Positions 21,160-30,532 of a DNA stretch of 64,000 nt are shown piece by piece; the stretch's first letter is position 1, and every line of letters begins with the position of its first letter. The stretch is taken from NCBI GenBank assembly GCA_963695545.1, contig OY968796.1:1664001-1728000 (forward strand), in the 5' to 3' direction. The translations under genes and the position numbers were made by a program. The notes under the pieces are model-generated. The model was not told the DNA's origin and did not search any database. It worked only from the letters and a program-made list of their open reading frames with translations. The DNA is from Terriglobia bacterium. Its GTDB lineage: Bacteria; Acidobacteriota; Terriglobia; Acidiferrales; UBA7541.

Positions 21160-22160
21160 CGTCACCGCGCGGATTTGGTTCTTTCGCGCAAAATACGGAG
21201 GAACATTTCATGGATTTGCCGTCCGTTTTCATCCCAAGCGTATTGCTTCGTAGTCTGGGTTGCTCGTTCGCACAGGCGCGCGCGGAGTTCGGAATCTTCG
21301 CAGACGGCGCGCATTTGTGCGGCAAGCGGCTGCACTCGGCAAGCTTCAACCGTTCGATCGAGGCGTCGTACGGGCGCGTTTCATCGCTGCCCGCAACTTA
21401 TGGCGCGACCGGCAGATCGGCGAGCAGACACAAGGCTTCGAGGAGCGTGAGTAAATTTTTCAGCCACCCGTTTCCTACCAAAAGAAAAGCGAATTGGCTG
21501 TCAGAAGTGCGGATTTCTTTCGCGCCGCATCGCGCTGCGCCAAGCGCTTCCCGGGATTGGGGACCGCGTCATCAATTCCCATGTACACAAGGGGCAGATC
21601 GTCGCGCGGGCCGTAGAAGCGGTCCAAGTCGCGGACCGTCTCGCGCGCAATCAGAATCAATTGCGCACGCGTGTACAGGTGTCGTTGAAGCGCAACTACA
21701 GGGCGGTAGTAGATCCGCCGGTGCACAAGGCGCGGCCAGGAACGAACAGCATTTCGCCTGAGGGTGAGCTCTGGCCGCATCTGGCGAACGAATTCCGCGA
21801 AAACGAAATGAATCGAAATGGCATCAGCGTCGAGACAATTGGTTCCTGGCGTGAAAATGAGGTCGCGCCGGATCGCGCGAAACGTGCGGTCCCACCACCG
21901 CCAGATGTGATTCGCCGCGAGCCACCACACAAAACTTCCGATGTGCGGTCCGGAAATTTCTGGAACGCAATGCCAAGTCAACTTCGTGAGATCCAGATCC
22001 TCGGCGCGCTGACTGTAGACGTGAACGTCATAATCTTCGGTCAAACGCGAAGTCCATTCGGCGACATGGCGCTCTGTGCCGTGACGCTTGTCGATGAACG
22101 GAGAAACGACCGCGAGAACTTGCTTGGAGGGAGGCTTCGCCATCTGTGGCGTAACCTTCA
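21160..22160 (-). pseudogene. Decayed duplicate of GT4 gene 15033-16232
   Basis: Near-identical N-terminus (LAVVSPFIDKRHGTER..EWTSRLTEDYDVHVYSQR); frameshifts; internal deletion removing the EX7E region. Confidence 0.88.
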
Positions 22161-22435
22161 TCGTTTCGCGCCAGCGCTGCAGCACCAAGAGCGACTGGGC
22201 GCGCGACCGCTCAAAAAGGAGATCGCGAGACGGATATTCGACGGGGAGCAATTGTTGATGACTTTGAACCCATTGCTGTCAGGACTGCGGTGCGGGGGAG
22301 CAGCCGTCATCGTCCGGGCGGACGCCACATGCGCCGGCGTCAGGTTTCGCGCCACGATGCCACCAATTCGGCGCGCGTTGTGAGGAATCTCCTCCAGTGC
22401 GATGACGGCGAACGATTTGAGAATGCTACAGCGAC
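22150..22435 (-). pseudogene. Internally deleted duplicate of asnB plus its upstream sequence
   Basis: ARNLTPAHVASARTMTAA..HRSPDSNG matches the asnB N-terminus and is joined directly to SLLVLQRWRETMKVT (asnB C-terminus); 22375-22430 aligns with 18140-18200. Confidence 0.85.
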
Positions 22436-22497
22436 GCTAAGATCGTCGTCTAAGATGCCGGAGCTTAGTTTGAGTCGGTTCGATCCACAACTTTTAG

Positions 22498-22731
22498 TCA
22501 GGCGAGTTGTCGATGAGCTTTCTGGTGACACGCGACGCAAAGAGCGATCAGATTCTCGGCCGTGTCGTCACCCAGACGACTCCGCGGCTGAATATGATGG
22601 ACCTGAAGTCCCTCGATCGAGCCGCACGATTGGCACCTCCAGCCATCTCTCTCCAGGACTCTACGGCAAAGCTCACGATACGCTTCAGCGCTCAGCTTCA
22701 AGCGTGGCCGTTTGGATCGGATATCAGTCAA
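22498..22731 (-). CDS. HNH endonuclease
   Basis: TTG start overlapping upstream TGA; ERDGWRCQSCG..LQVHHI..G.D..ENLIALCVACHQKAH. Confidence 0.9.
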   Translation of the reverse strand: MTDIRSKRPRLKLSAEAYRELCRRVLERDGWRCQSCGSIEGLQVHHIQPRSRLGDDTAENLIALCVACHQKAHRQLA

Positions 22732-23424
22732 TGGACGACCTGAACGTTCTCGAAGAGTTGCTCTCGCTGCCGCGTAGGAAGGCCGAGTACCAGCCGAGTG
22801 AGAGCCGACAGAAGAACATCCTGTTTGTCCGTCTCCAAGCTCGCCCCCGCCAGAAAATCCGCGCAGATCATCTCGAGACAGTAGCCGCGCGACTTGTCGC
22901 TCCCCAGCATCAGAGCCGCTGTTTCGAGCGCCTGCTCGATCACAGGAAGTTGGCTCTTGTAAGCCTTGAAATACAGGATCTCCCACGGCTCGGTCTCTTT
23001 GCCGGTCAGGTAATGATCGACGGCGCGCTTAAATTCCTCTCGCGGCATCGTACTGGCCTTCTGCACCCAGGGTGCACAATCGAACTTCTGCCGATCCCGC
23101 CGCGCCACCTTCGCCAATTCCCTTGCTTTAGTCCAACCGATCAGCTCGAGTTCCCGCTTGCGGACCGGAGTCAGGTGCTCGTGGATGGCCATGAGGTAGT
23201 AAGCCTTGCGTCTTGATTCCGGGAACTTCCTCTCCAGGAACTCGTCGAACGAACGTACGTTGTCTACCCTCCAGTACTGCCCCGTCCGAACTTCGCAGAG
23301 GTACCGACCCAATTCTACAAACTTCGAGTCCCGTTCGCGGTCAGTTGCCTTCTCCCAGGCCAAGATCTCATCGATCTTCGAGAGCACGAACACCGCGCGC
23401 CGACGATTGAGCTTCGGACGCACC
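22728..23424 (-). CDS. Hypothetical helical protein of the recombination-like operon (start approximate)
   Basis: Protein-like ORF (ELGRYLCEVR..YW..SFDEFLERKF..SRRKAYYLM..IGWTKA) tightly packed between the nuclease genes. Confidence 0.75.
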
Positions 23425-23436
23425 AGAACTCGTCCG

Positions 23437-24240
23437 TTAGTCGTCAAGCCCGTTAAGCCAATCAAGGTCGCTCGCTCCCGGTTGACGAATGAGTTTGGCC
23501 TCAACCAATGGTTCGTTCCCGAGGCACAGACCGAGGTGGGCACAACTGACGCAGCCGTTCTGCGGGAAACGAATTCCAGGTCGAGGAGGAAATTGGGCAG
23601 TCTCGATTTGACCGACGGTCGCTTCCACTAACTTGCCAAACTCCCTGCGCTGTTCTTCGGTGATCGATGCCAGCAGATACTGAATCTCCGGGACGCGCTT
23701 CCTGACAAAAGCCACAATCGCTACATCGGAGATGCCCGTGACCCAGGAGTAGCAGACCAACTGGAGGTCAAGCGAGGTCAGCCCTTCGGGCTGCTCTGGA
23801 TAACGAGCACTGGTGGTTTTCCATTCGAGCAAACGCCGCTTGCCGTCCAAGGTGCCGATCGCATCGACATAGGCCACGAATTCGTGGCCGTTGGGGAGCG
23901 TGCGAACGAGTTTCTTCTGCAGGTTGCCTTGCGGTTCGGGAACGCGAATCCGATCATCTTGGGCAAACCGCTCGAGCAAACCAATCCCTTGCCGAAGCAT
24001 GTGCTCCCAGCTGTCGCCGCGCGAGAACTCGATCGTAGTTTCGCGATAAGCTCCCCACTCCTTGAACAGCACTGCTCCCGGGTCGTCACCCTCGAAGATC
24101 CCCGCGAGAGCCTTCTCAAAGCAGCGGCCGAAGCACAGCAACGCTCGAGACTCGGTCTCCTTCCAGCCGTCCAGATACCGAAAGCGATAGCTCCGTGGGC
24201 AGCGCAGGTACTGCGAAATCTGCGTATAGCTAAAGGTCAT
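23437..24240 (-). CDS. PD-(D/E)XK nuclease, Cas4/RecB/AddB-like with 4-Cys Fe-S staple
   Basis: SYTQISQYLRCPR; AYVDAIG..LLEWKT; QLVCY; C-terminal CVSCAHLGLC. Confidence 0.88.
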   Translation of the reverse strand: MTFSYTQISQYLRCPRSYRFRYLDGWKETESRALLCFGRCFEKALAGIFEGDDPGAVLFKEWGAYRETTIEFSRGDSWEHMLRQGIGLLERFAQDDRIRVPEPQGNLQKKLVRTLPNGHEFVAYVDAIGTLDGKRRLLEWKTTSARYPEQPEGLTSLDLQLVCYSWVTGISDVAIVAFVRKRVPEIQYLLASITEEQRREFGKLVEATVGQIETAQFPPRPGIRFPQNGCVSCAHLGLCLGNEPLVEAKLIRQPGASDLDWLNGLDD

Positions 24241-24664
24241 GGGACGCCCCCTGCCTGATCCTCCCTGACACGGAGACTTCTTCCCACTCGCATGCTGGCG
24301 CGAACCCGCCGAGATTGAGGTAAGTGCGGCCGTTCAGGGTGGTATAGGAAATCCGCACGATTCCACGCAGGCCAAGGAGCGCCTTTTCATCGACTTCATC
24401 GCTGCCCGTAGGACCCGGGTCATAGCCGAAATCGCGCAGGAACCAGCGGAGTTTCCAGAGAGCTTTTTCGGTGCAGTAGAGACGCCCAGTCAGTGAACGG
24501 CCTTGATGTTCGTGCGGTTCGAGGATTGCGAGTCGCAAAGCATAGAACGGTCGCTCCGGATGCCAACGATAGAGGACGCGATCGACGCGAACCAGAAAAA
24601 CGCCGTCTATGGACTCTTTGTGGCTGGGCGGGTCGCAATACAAACCTGGGATGTGGCGCCTCAT
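24230..24664 (-). CDS. Hypothetical protein, DUF669/phage SSB-like
   Basis: Beta-rich 144 aa (GVFLVRV..YALRLAILEP..GRLYCTEKALWKLRWFL..GIVRISY..YLN); overlaps both neighbours; fold is inference. Confidence 0.55.
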   Translation of the reverse strand: MRRHIPGLYCDPPSHKESIDGVFLVRVDRVLYRWHPERPFYALRLAILEPHEHQGRSLTGRLYCTEKALWKLRWFLRDFGYDPGPTGSDEVDEKALLGLRGIVRISYTTLNGRTYLNLGGFAPACEWEEVSVSGRIRQGASHDL

Positions 24665-25464
24665 GAGCTGACTTCCGTTCGCTTGGAATAGCTGTTGAGT
24701 TGAGCGATCAGCGCCTCGCGATCCTTGGCAGCTGACTCAGCAAGCTTGTTGATAAAATCTTCGACCTGATCTCGGTTGGCATCTCGGAGGACTGTGGTTC
24801 GACAGTAATCGGCGGCATAGGCTTTCACGAGTCCAGCATCGAGCTTGTGCTGACGAATCAACATGCAGAGGCGATCGCGGAGTCGAGGTTGGCTGCTGTG
24901 GTGGCCATTATTTCCGTTCGAGGAAGTGGCCGGCTGAACTGGCCGTTCGGGCGAAATCGACCTGGGGACCCAGCCAAGTTCCTCGACCGAACAGAGCCCG
25001 ATGCCGTACGCCTTGCGCAGGGCGCGGTTAACGGCGCGGGTCTCAGCGACGCGCATTTCAGCGCCGTGCACGATCGAGGAGACATTGGACGGATCGGCGT
25101 CACCGAAACCCACAAATCCCTTCGAGCGCGGAGATGTGTAGACCGTCGCCTTAAAGACCCAGCGGCACGAGGCCGGATCTGACAGCCCCTTGTCTACAGT
25201 GGTTCTCATCCCAGAGCAGTGACTGCGCTGTGCTATGCGGAGCAAGCCGGCGTGCGTCACATACCAATTGCCGTCAAGAAGTCTCAAGTCACCTGCACCG
25301 ACTGACAATTGGAGTTCTTCGGTCACGGATTTAAGCATTGCGACTTGCTCCGGCGAGATTCCCCAGTTTCTCCGCGCAAACCGGATGTTGCGGATAGCCA
25401 AGAGACGTCGTTGCGTTTTTTCCACCAAGGACCGAGGGTCCTTAGCCTTTGTGTTGCGATTCAT
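24661..25464 (-). CDS. Putative single-strand annealing protein (Rad52/Sak/ERF/RecT superfamily-like)
   Basis: YVTHAGLLRIA..FKATVY..FVGFGDA..MRVAETRAVNRALRKAYGIG..SVEEL, then linker and helical C-terminal domain; GGGAG RBS. Confidence 0.6.
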   Translation of the reverse strand: MNRNTKAKDPRSLVEKTQRRLLAIRNIRFARRNWGISPEQVAMLKSVTEELQLSVGAGDLRLLDGNWYVTHAGLLRIAQRSHCSGMRTTVDKGLSDPASCRWVFKATVYTSPRSKGFVGFGDADPSNVSSIVHGAEMRVAETRAVNRALRKAYGIGLCSVEELGWVPRSISPERPVQPATSSNGNNGHHSSQPRLRDRLCMLIRQHKLDAGLVKAYAADYCRTTVLRDANRDQVEDFINKLAESAAKDREALIAQLNSYSKRTEVSS

Positions 25465-25564
25465 TGGTCACTCCCAGTATCCTTCGTTGAGTTCGCCCAA
25501 CCGGCTGCCGCAGCGAGTTCTACGGGTGGCTCGTGGGGAATCGGACTCGAAGTGCGTTCCACTC

Positions 25565-25603
25565 TATAAGGATATTATATCTATATAAGGATTAACAGGT
25601 CAA
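25565..25603 (-). promoter_or_regulatory. Sigma70-like promoter of the recombination operon with overlapping direct repeats
   Basis: Minus strand TTGACC (25603-25598), 18 bp, TATAAT (25579-25574); TATAAGGAT at 25565-25573 and 25584-25592. Confidence 0.7.
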
Positions 25604-25632
25604 GCGCAAAATCTCGAGCATCGAACGTTACC

Positions 25633-25839
25633 GTGGAATGGAAAACGGTTGGGCGACGTATTCGGGAACTCCGCGGCTTCGATTTGACCCAGGAGGAGTT
25701 TGCTCGGCGTATTGGGATCAGCCAGAACTACCTTTCAACGATGGAGCGGGGAAATGTTCAGATCGGATCCGAGATTCTCTTGAGGATCAGCCGCGAGTTC
25801 GGAAAATCGATCGAGTGGCTGCTTACTGGAGTAGACTAG
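25633..25839 (+). CDS. XRE-family helix-turn-helix regulator
   Basis: GRRIRELR..LTQEEFARRIGISQNYLSTMERG..SIEWLLTG; divergent from the operon. Confidence 0.92.
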   Translation: MEWKTVGRRIRELRGFDLTQEEFARRIGISQNYLSTMERGNVQIGSEILLRISREFGKSIEWLLTGVD

Positions 25840-26498
25840 AAATTGATTGGCCAAGAGCGCCGAGAAGGCCCCAGCGGTGGGCGCCATCACGGCCCCGTCT
25901 TAGTAGCACCGGTCTGCACTGCGCGCCCCGTATGAGCCGTCGGCCGGCACTTAATTGCGCGCAAGAACCAGTGAGTAGGGGATTCTCAGAGGAATCGAGG
26001 GAATGGATTTGCCGGACTTCAGGAATATGGCCCTCACGCCCACCCATACCGCGGGACGCCTCAAGCTTTCGACGCTTCGTTTGTCTTTTGCCAAACGAAC
26101 CCAACTGGGAGCTTCCGCCGCGGTGGACGGTCAGGTCCACGTCCAAGGCTGCGGGTGGTGTAACGGCCACATCTGATCGGGCGGCTTGCAATCTGCGGAG
26201 TTCGCCGAGGTTCGGCTGGTTGCATCTGTGAACGTCGATGTTATCGATGCCGGGAGAAGAAAAGAACGACTTCACGGAGAAACCATTTGCTTCAGGACGA
26301 ACACGACTTTACTGGTTTGTGCGGCTGCGGTGCGGACGCCCCGCTCACCCGTCGCCGTCGCGCCCGCTTCCTGCAAACTGTTTCCTTTTTCGCGCCGTCT
26401 GTGATTCAGGGCTCTTGCAGCGGGCCGTACGCTGTGCAAAGCTCGATTCGGCGTTGGGACGCACAGCGTTGGGGAATTCTCCCATTTCGCCGTCCGGT

Positions 26499-26834
26499 GT
26501 GAGCACGTCGTACAGCAGAGCCCGCACGGTACCCCGCTACACATTCGTCGCAGTGGCGGAAGTCACCGACACGACAAACCAAACGTGTCGGGTCGTAAGA
26601 ATCGCCGAACTGAGCCGCAACGGCTGTTTCGTGGACACGCTGAATCCGCTTCCGCTCGGCACTCCTCTAAAAGTCGTCATCTACGGAGGCCAAGGGACCT
26701 TCGCCACCAATGGGAAGGTCATCTACGTCTAAGGGTCAATTGGCATGGGCATCGCGTATCTCGACTCTTCCGCCGAGGAAGCGAAGGTACTCGACGCTTG
26801 GCTCGCTAGCCGCCCTCCGGCCCAAGCCTTGTAG
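26499..26834 (+). pseudogene. PilZ-domain protein interrupted by in-frame TAA
   Basis: RTVPRY..ELSRNGCFVDTLNPLP.GT..GKVIYV, TAA at 26730-26732, then GSIGMGIAY..LDAWL in the same frame; parallels 28480-29028. Confidence 0.8.
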
Positions 26835-26955
26835 GCGAGCCCTGTACCGAAATAGATTTCGGTGCTGAGCGAGCCTCGAGAAAGGAAAATGATTCAGGAA
26901 CGGACGGGGAGAAGTGTTAGCTTCTGGCTCTCGGGTTTTGCGCAACCGTCGGAAA
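26835..26955 (+). repeat. Copy A of ~120-bp element with palindrome ACCGAAATAGATTTCGGT (26846-26863)
   Basis: 42 of the first 50 nt match the reverse complement of 36505-36554. Confidence 0.85.
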
Positions 26956-27066
26956 GGTTCTGTGGTCAAAAACCCGGCTGGATCATTTCATGGTCATGGG
27001 CACGTATATACGTTTTCGGCCAGCCGGGAGGTCAGAACGGAAATTCCGAATCAGCAGGTGGTGAGA

Positions 27067-27969
27067 ATGCCTCGAGAGAGTGTGCCTCGAAGTGGCCGAA
27101 TTCCGAAAGAGGTCGGCGTTCTGCTGACGGGAAGCGACGCGGATGGCAAGGTTTTCGCTGAGGAGACCAGGACCGTCATGCTCAGTCGATACGGGGCGGA
27201 AGTTGTTTCGCGACATACGCTATACCCAGAGCAGGAGATGATTCTTTGTCGGCTGGACATGCATAAAGAGGCAGAGGTCCGTATCGTTGGGAAGATCGGA
27301 TTTCAATCCCGCAGCTACACCTATGGTGTAGCGTTTCTAGACCCAAACATCATCTTCTGGGACGTCGAGTTCCCGCCTTTGACTGAATTGGAGAAGGCGG
27401 CGCGCCGCTGCTTGCTTGAGTGCAGCAGATGTAAAAACCGCGAGATCGTCGAACACGGGGACATCGAACGGCAGGTCTTCGCAATCAACGATGGTATCGT
27501 GCGGCACTGCGAACGCTGCGGATGCTCAACCGCTTGGATTCGTGCTGCTGACGACGCCGATGACAAATGGGTTTCGCCCGAATCCGAGCATGAGCCAGAG
27601 CAGGCCGCGTTTCAGGCTCCACCGGCGGAATCCGAGATCCCGATGCCGGCAGTACAGCCAAGAAACAAACGGAAGCACGTTCGCGCGAATGTAAATTTCA
27701 CCGCGTGCATCCGTCGTCCTGGTTTTGATGACGACGTCGTCATCTGTGAAGACATGTCGCGAGGTGGTTTCTGCTTTAGGAGCAGCAAGCGATACCACGT
27801 CAATTCATTTATTGAAGTAGCTGTACCATACTCGGCAGGTGCCCCAAGCATTTTTGTCCCGGCAGAGATCGTGTACGTACTCGATCTGCCAGAGAAAGGA
27901 CTTTTCAGGTGTGGCGCGGCTTACAACAGAACGCCTTGGGGGGCCTTCGCTGTAGAGCGGGATGTGTGA
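27067..27969 (+). CDS. PilZ - zinc ribbon - PilZ protein
   Basis: Degenerate N-terminal PilZ, CSRC...CERC, C-terminal PilZ with RKHVR and DMSRGG. Confidence 0.82.
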   Translation: MPRESVPRSGRIPKEVGVLLTGSDADGKVFAEETRTVMLSRYGAEVVSRHTLYPEQEMILCRLDMHKEAEVRIVGKIGFQSRSYTYGVAFLDPNIIFWDVEFPPLTELEKAARRCLLECSRCKNREIVEHGDIERQVFAINDGIVRHCERCGCSTAWIRAADDADDKWVSPESEHEPEQAAFQAPPAESEIPMPAVQPRNKRKHVRANVNFTACIRRPGFDDDVVICEDMSRGGFCFRSSKRYHVNSFIEVAVPYSAGAPSIFVPAEIVYVLDLPEKGLFRCGAAYNRTPWGAFAVERDV

Positions 27970-28048
27970 TTCACTCTGTCACTGGGCGCAGCGGCAGAGC
28001 GACCTCAATATCTGTTACACAAAGAATCCCGCGGGGCTCGAGATCCCA

Positions 28049-28211
28049 GGCGGTGGCGTGGGTTACAAATTGGATCCGAGCATCGGCGTTCGCGTGATTC
28101 AGGCGCAATACCTTTATCGCAGTTCTTGAACGCCGTCGGCGCCGCGACCGCAACCGCCATAACCATATCAGGCTCAGCGCTGGAATCACATTTGGCCTCG
28201 GTAGACGCTGA
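28049..28211 (+). pseudogene. 3' fragment of an outer-membrane beta-barrel protein gene
   Basis: GGGVGYKLDPSIGVRVIQAQYLY (frameshift) NHIRLSAGITFGLGRR*; amphipathic beta strands. Confidence 0.45.
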
Positions 28212-28479
28212 CAGCCTTCGTGTACGGGTTCGTTGAAATCGTACGAGAACACTGCCACCCGTTTGGGCTGCTGACAGATTGAACATCGGGGACCCGCTCG
28301 TTGCTCTTCCGCGCCTCCCGTCGTGCAATTATTGAGTCCGTGATACAACCGAAGCGCGCCTCGCTGCGCTCTATTGCGTAGCCCAACTCGGTCGCCACGC
28401 AATTGAAACGGAGTTCGAAGGCTAGCGGCTCGCGGACGCGTTCCTATAAGCGACTCCATCATTCAGGACGAATCAGAAT

Positions 28480-29028
28480 ATGCTGCCTAAACCAACTCCG
28501 AATGCGACGCGCTTGCGATCAGGAGCGGCCTTGCATGACGAGCGGCGCCGATTCGCGCGGTATGCCATCTCGGCGGTCGCGCAAATCGCAGATCCGCGTT
28601 CGGGTGCCCGGTTGACTGCGCGGGTATCCGATCTCGGATGGGGCGGCTGCTACGTTGACACGCTCGCACCGTTACCCGTGGGAACCCAGGTCCACGTCAG
28701 CTTGCGCAAAGAGAAGTCGGCGATCGAATTAACCGGGAAGATCGTCTATGCGAATCCCGGCCTTGGAATGGGAATCGCGTTCGTTGGCGCGGCGGCCGAA
28801 CACAAGGAGGCGCTAAAGAAGTGGTTGAACAGCCTTTCCCAAGGTCAGCCATCCGGCGATTCGATTCGAACGCCCGTCCCAGCCGCGCGACGAACCCCCA
28901 CCGCTACCGCTGGCCCGGACGACGCGCGTTCCTGCGTCGCAAGGCTCGTGCATTTGCTCGTCGCAAAAGGCCTACTGACCGAAGACGATGCCGAGATGAT
29001 TCTTAACAAGCGACCGTCCGTTCTCTAG
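28480..29028 (+). CDS. PilZ-domain protein with C-terminal helical tail
   Basis: ERRRFAR, DLGWGGCYVDT, GMGIAF; tail LVHLLVAKGLLTEDD. Confidence 0.85.
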   Translation: MLPKPTPNATRLRSGAALHDERRRFARYAISAVAQIADPRSGARLTARVSDLGWGGCYVDTLAPLPVGTQVHVSLRKEKSAIELTGKIVYANPGLGMGIAFVGAAAEHKEALKKWLNSLSQGQPSGDSIRTPVPAARRTPTATAGPDDARSCVARLVHLLVAKGLLTEDDAEMILNKRPSVL

Positions 29029-29287
29029 TCCGCACTCGCCATCGCGAGGGTTCGGGAGCGTTCCCTATCCATTCGCAGCCTTCGTTGATGCTGCCGCTCG
29101 GCGGGACGCTGCGCTTCTTGTTGCGACTTCTCACATCTTGGCTTGACGGGAAGATGGCTCGATCGAGCGGGCAGCGGACCCAGCTCTTAGTTGAGGCCGC
29201 CTGCTGATAGGATGTAGTTTCGGCGTTCAAGTATCCCGGCGGGAAAGTCGTCGTCGCGGGGCAACCGGAGCTTTGAGAAGTTGCTGG

Positions 29288-30532
29288 CTATCTCGTGCGC
29301 CATCCATATAGTCGGGCCAGCCGCAGCGGGCGCAGAACTGCGTAGAGACTCCCAAAATGCTTCCCTACGGGGTTCTCTTTGCGGTCCGACTCGGTCGAAA
29401 CAGTGGCGAGGCGAATTGCGTAGCGCAGACCGTCGCCAGTCCGTCCGCGCACGCGAACGCGAAAACTGAAACGCTTCAAAACTCCGAGTTCCGGTCGTCG
29501 TAGTGCAAAGAGTCGGCGACAGACTTGTCCACTGAGCTGTCGCACCACCGGGTCGCGATCGAGATGGGATAAGACTGTCTCCGGTAGAGGCGCGCCGAGC
29601 ACTACCCGGCTAAGGTCGGCGGCAAGAAATACCATCCGCTCGACGCCAAGGCTTCGAGCGCGTCTGATCACCGATTCCCAGTCAAATCCTCCAGGAGTTT
29701 CTACTAGTGCGGCAATGTCCGCAATCCAACCAAGCCGATTCCAGAAGTGTTTGGAGCCGTGCACGGAGAGAAGAATAATCAAATCTTCGGCGCAAAATGT
29801 CTGCGCTTTGCCACCTGCCAACAGAATCGTTTGTCTGCGTCCGAGAAAAGCCTCCACATCCAGCCTTCGTGGGAAGTATCGCAGCGTCGCTTCGCTATGG
29901 ATTTCGACGTACACACTGCGTGCTTCGCTGTAGTATGCGTACTGGCCGGGAACCGGCCCACCGGCGCTCACAGATCTCCGTATTTCTTTCTCATCAAGCT
30001 CCGAGGCATAGCCTCGGCCCGTCAATGCCCGATGCGCCTCGAAGATCTCGCAATGTGGCACCATCAAGTCGAGGTCGGCGAATTGTCGCAGCGCGATATC
30101 GCCATGCGCCTGGGCCGCGAGCACAGGCCCTTTATAGGGCGTGGCTCGCACGCCCCGGGCGGTGAGCGCCGAGAGCACGCGGAACAATTCAGAAGTTAGA
30201 AACAGATTTCTGTGGACGTTGCATCTGAATGCGTCGCGGAAACAGTCACGCCAGAGGTGTGGAATGGCGGAACGAACCACGTCATCGAGGCGCCGACAAA
30301 CGCACGGGGCCACGCCATGCTCGGCCGCCGCCGCAAGCAGCTCGCCCCAATTCACGCCGCGCTCGGCGAGCGTTCGCAATTCCGCGGTCGCGGAGTCGTC
30401 GAGTTGCGGGCGCGCACAAAGCAACAGTAGGGAAGGGATCGCCGTGGTCGCGTACGGATCGCTCGCCGCCGGCTTCTCCCCTAAGGTCCTGGGCGCGCGT
30501 GAAGACACCAACCTGTGCCGATCCGAACTCAC
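29288..30532 (-). CDS. Nucleotidyltransferase family protein (NTP_transf_5-like, RiPP-associated)
   Basis: VNWGELLAAAAEHGV, YKGPVLA..GDIALRQFADLDLMV, VEIH, HGSKHFW..LGWIADI; GTGA overlap with radical SAM gene. Confidence 0.88.
   Translation of the reverse strand: MSSDRHRLVSSRAPRTLGEKPAASDPYATTAIPSLLLLCARPQLDDSATAELRTLAERGVNWGELLAAAAEHGVAPCVCRRLDDVVRSAIPHLWRDCFRDAFRCNVHRNLFLTSELFRVLSALTARGVRATPYKGPVLAAQAHGDIALRQFADLDLMVPHCEIFEAHRALTGRGYASELDEKEIRRSVSAGGPVPGQYAYYSEARSVYVEIHSEATLRYFPRRLDVEAFLGRRQTILLAGGKAQTFCAEDLIILLSVHGSKHFWNRLGWIADIAALVETPGGFDWESVIRRARSLGVERMVFLAADLSRVVLGAPLPETVLSHLDRDPVVRQLSGQVCRRLFALRRPELGVLKRFSFRVRVRGRTGDGLRYAIRLATVSTESDRKENPVGKHFGSLYAVLRPLRLARLYGWRTR

Noticed and set aside
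23437..24240. CRISPR-Cas locus suggested by the Cas4-like nuclease
   Set aside because: No cas1/cas2 and no regularly spaced repeat-spacer array found in the window
22498..25839. Intact prophage
   Set aside because: No integrase, terminase, structural, lysis or replication genes nearby; a remnant origin cannot be excluded
26086..26104. Short CAAACGA(A/G)C motif also near 18720 and 37895 as island boundary sites
   Set aside because: Too short and degenerate to support from this window alone
26920..26945. Sigma54 promoter inside the inverted element (TGGC...TTGC)
   Set aside because: GG-to-GC spacing is 12 nt, not the required 10, in both copies
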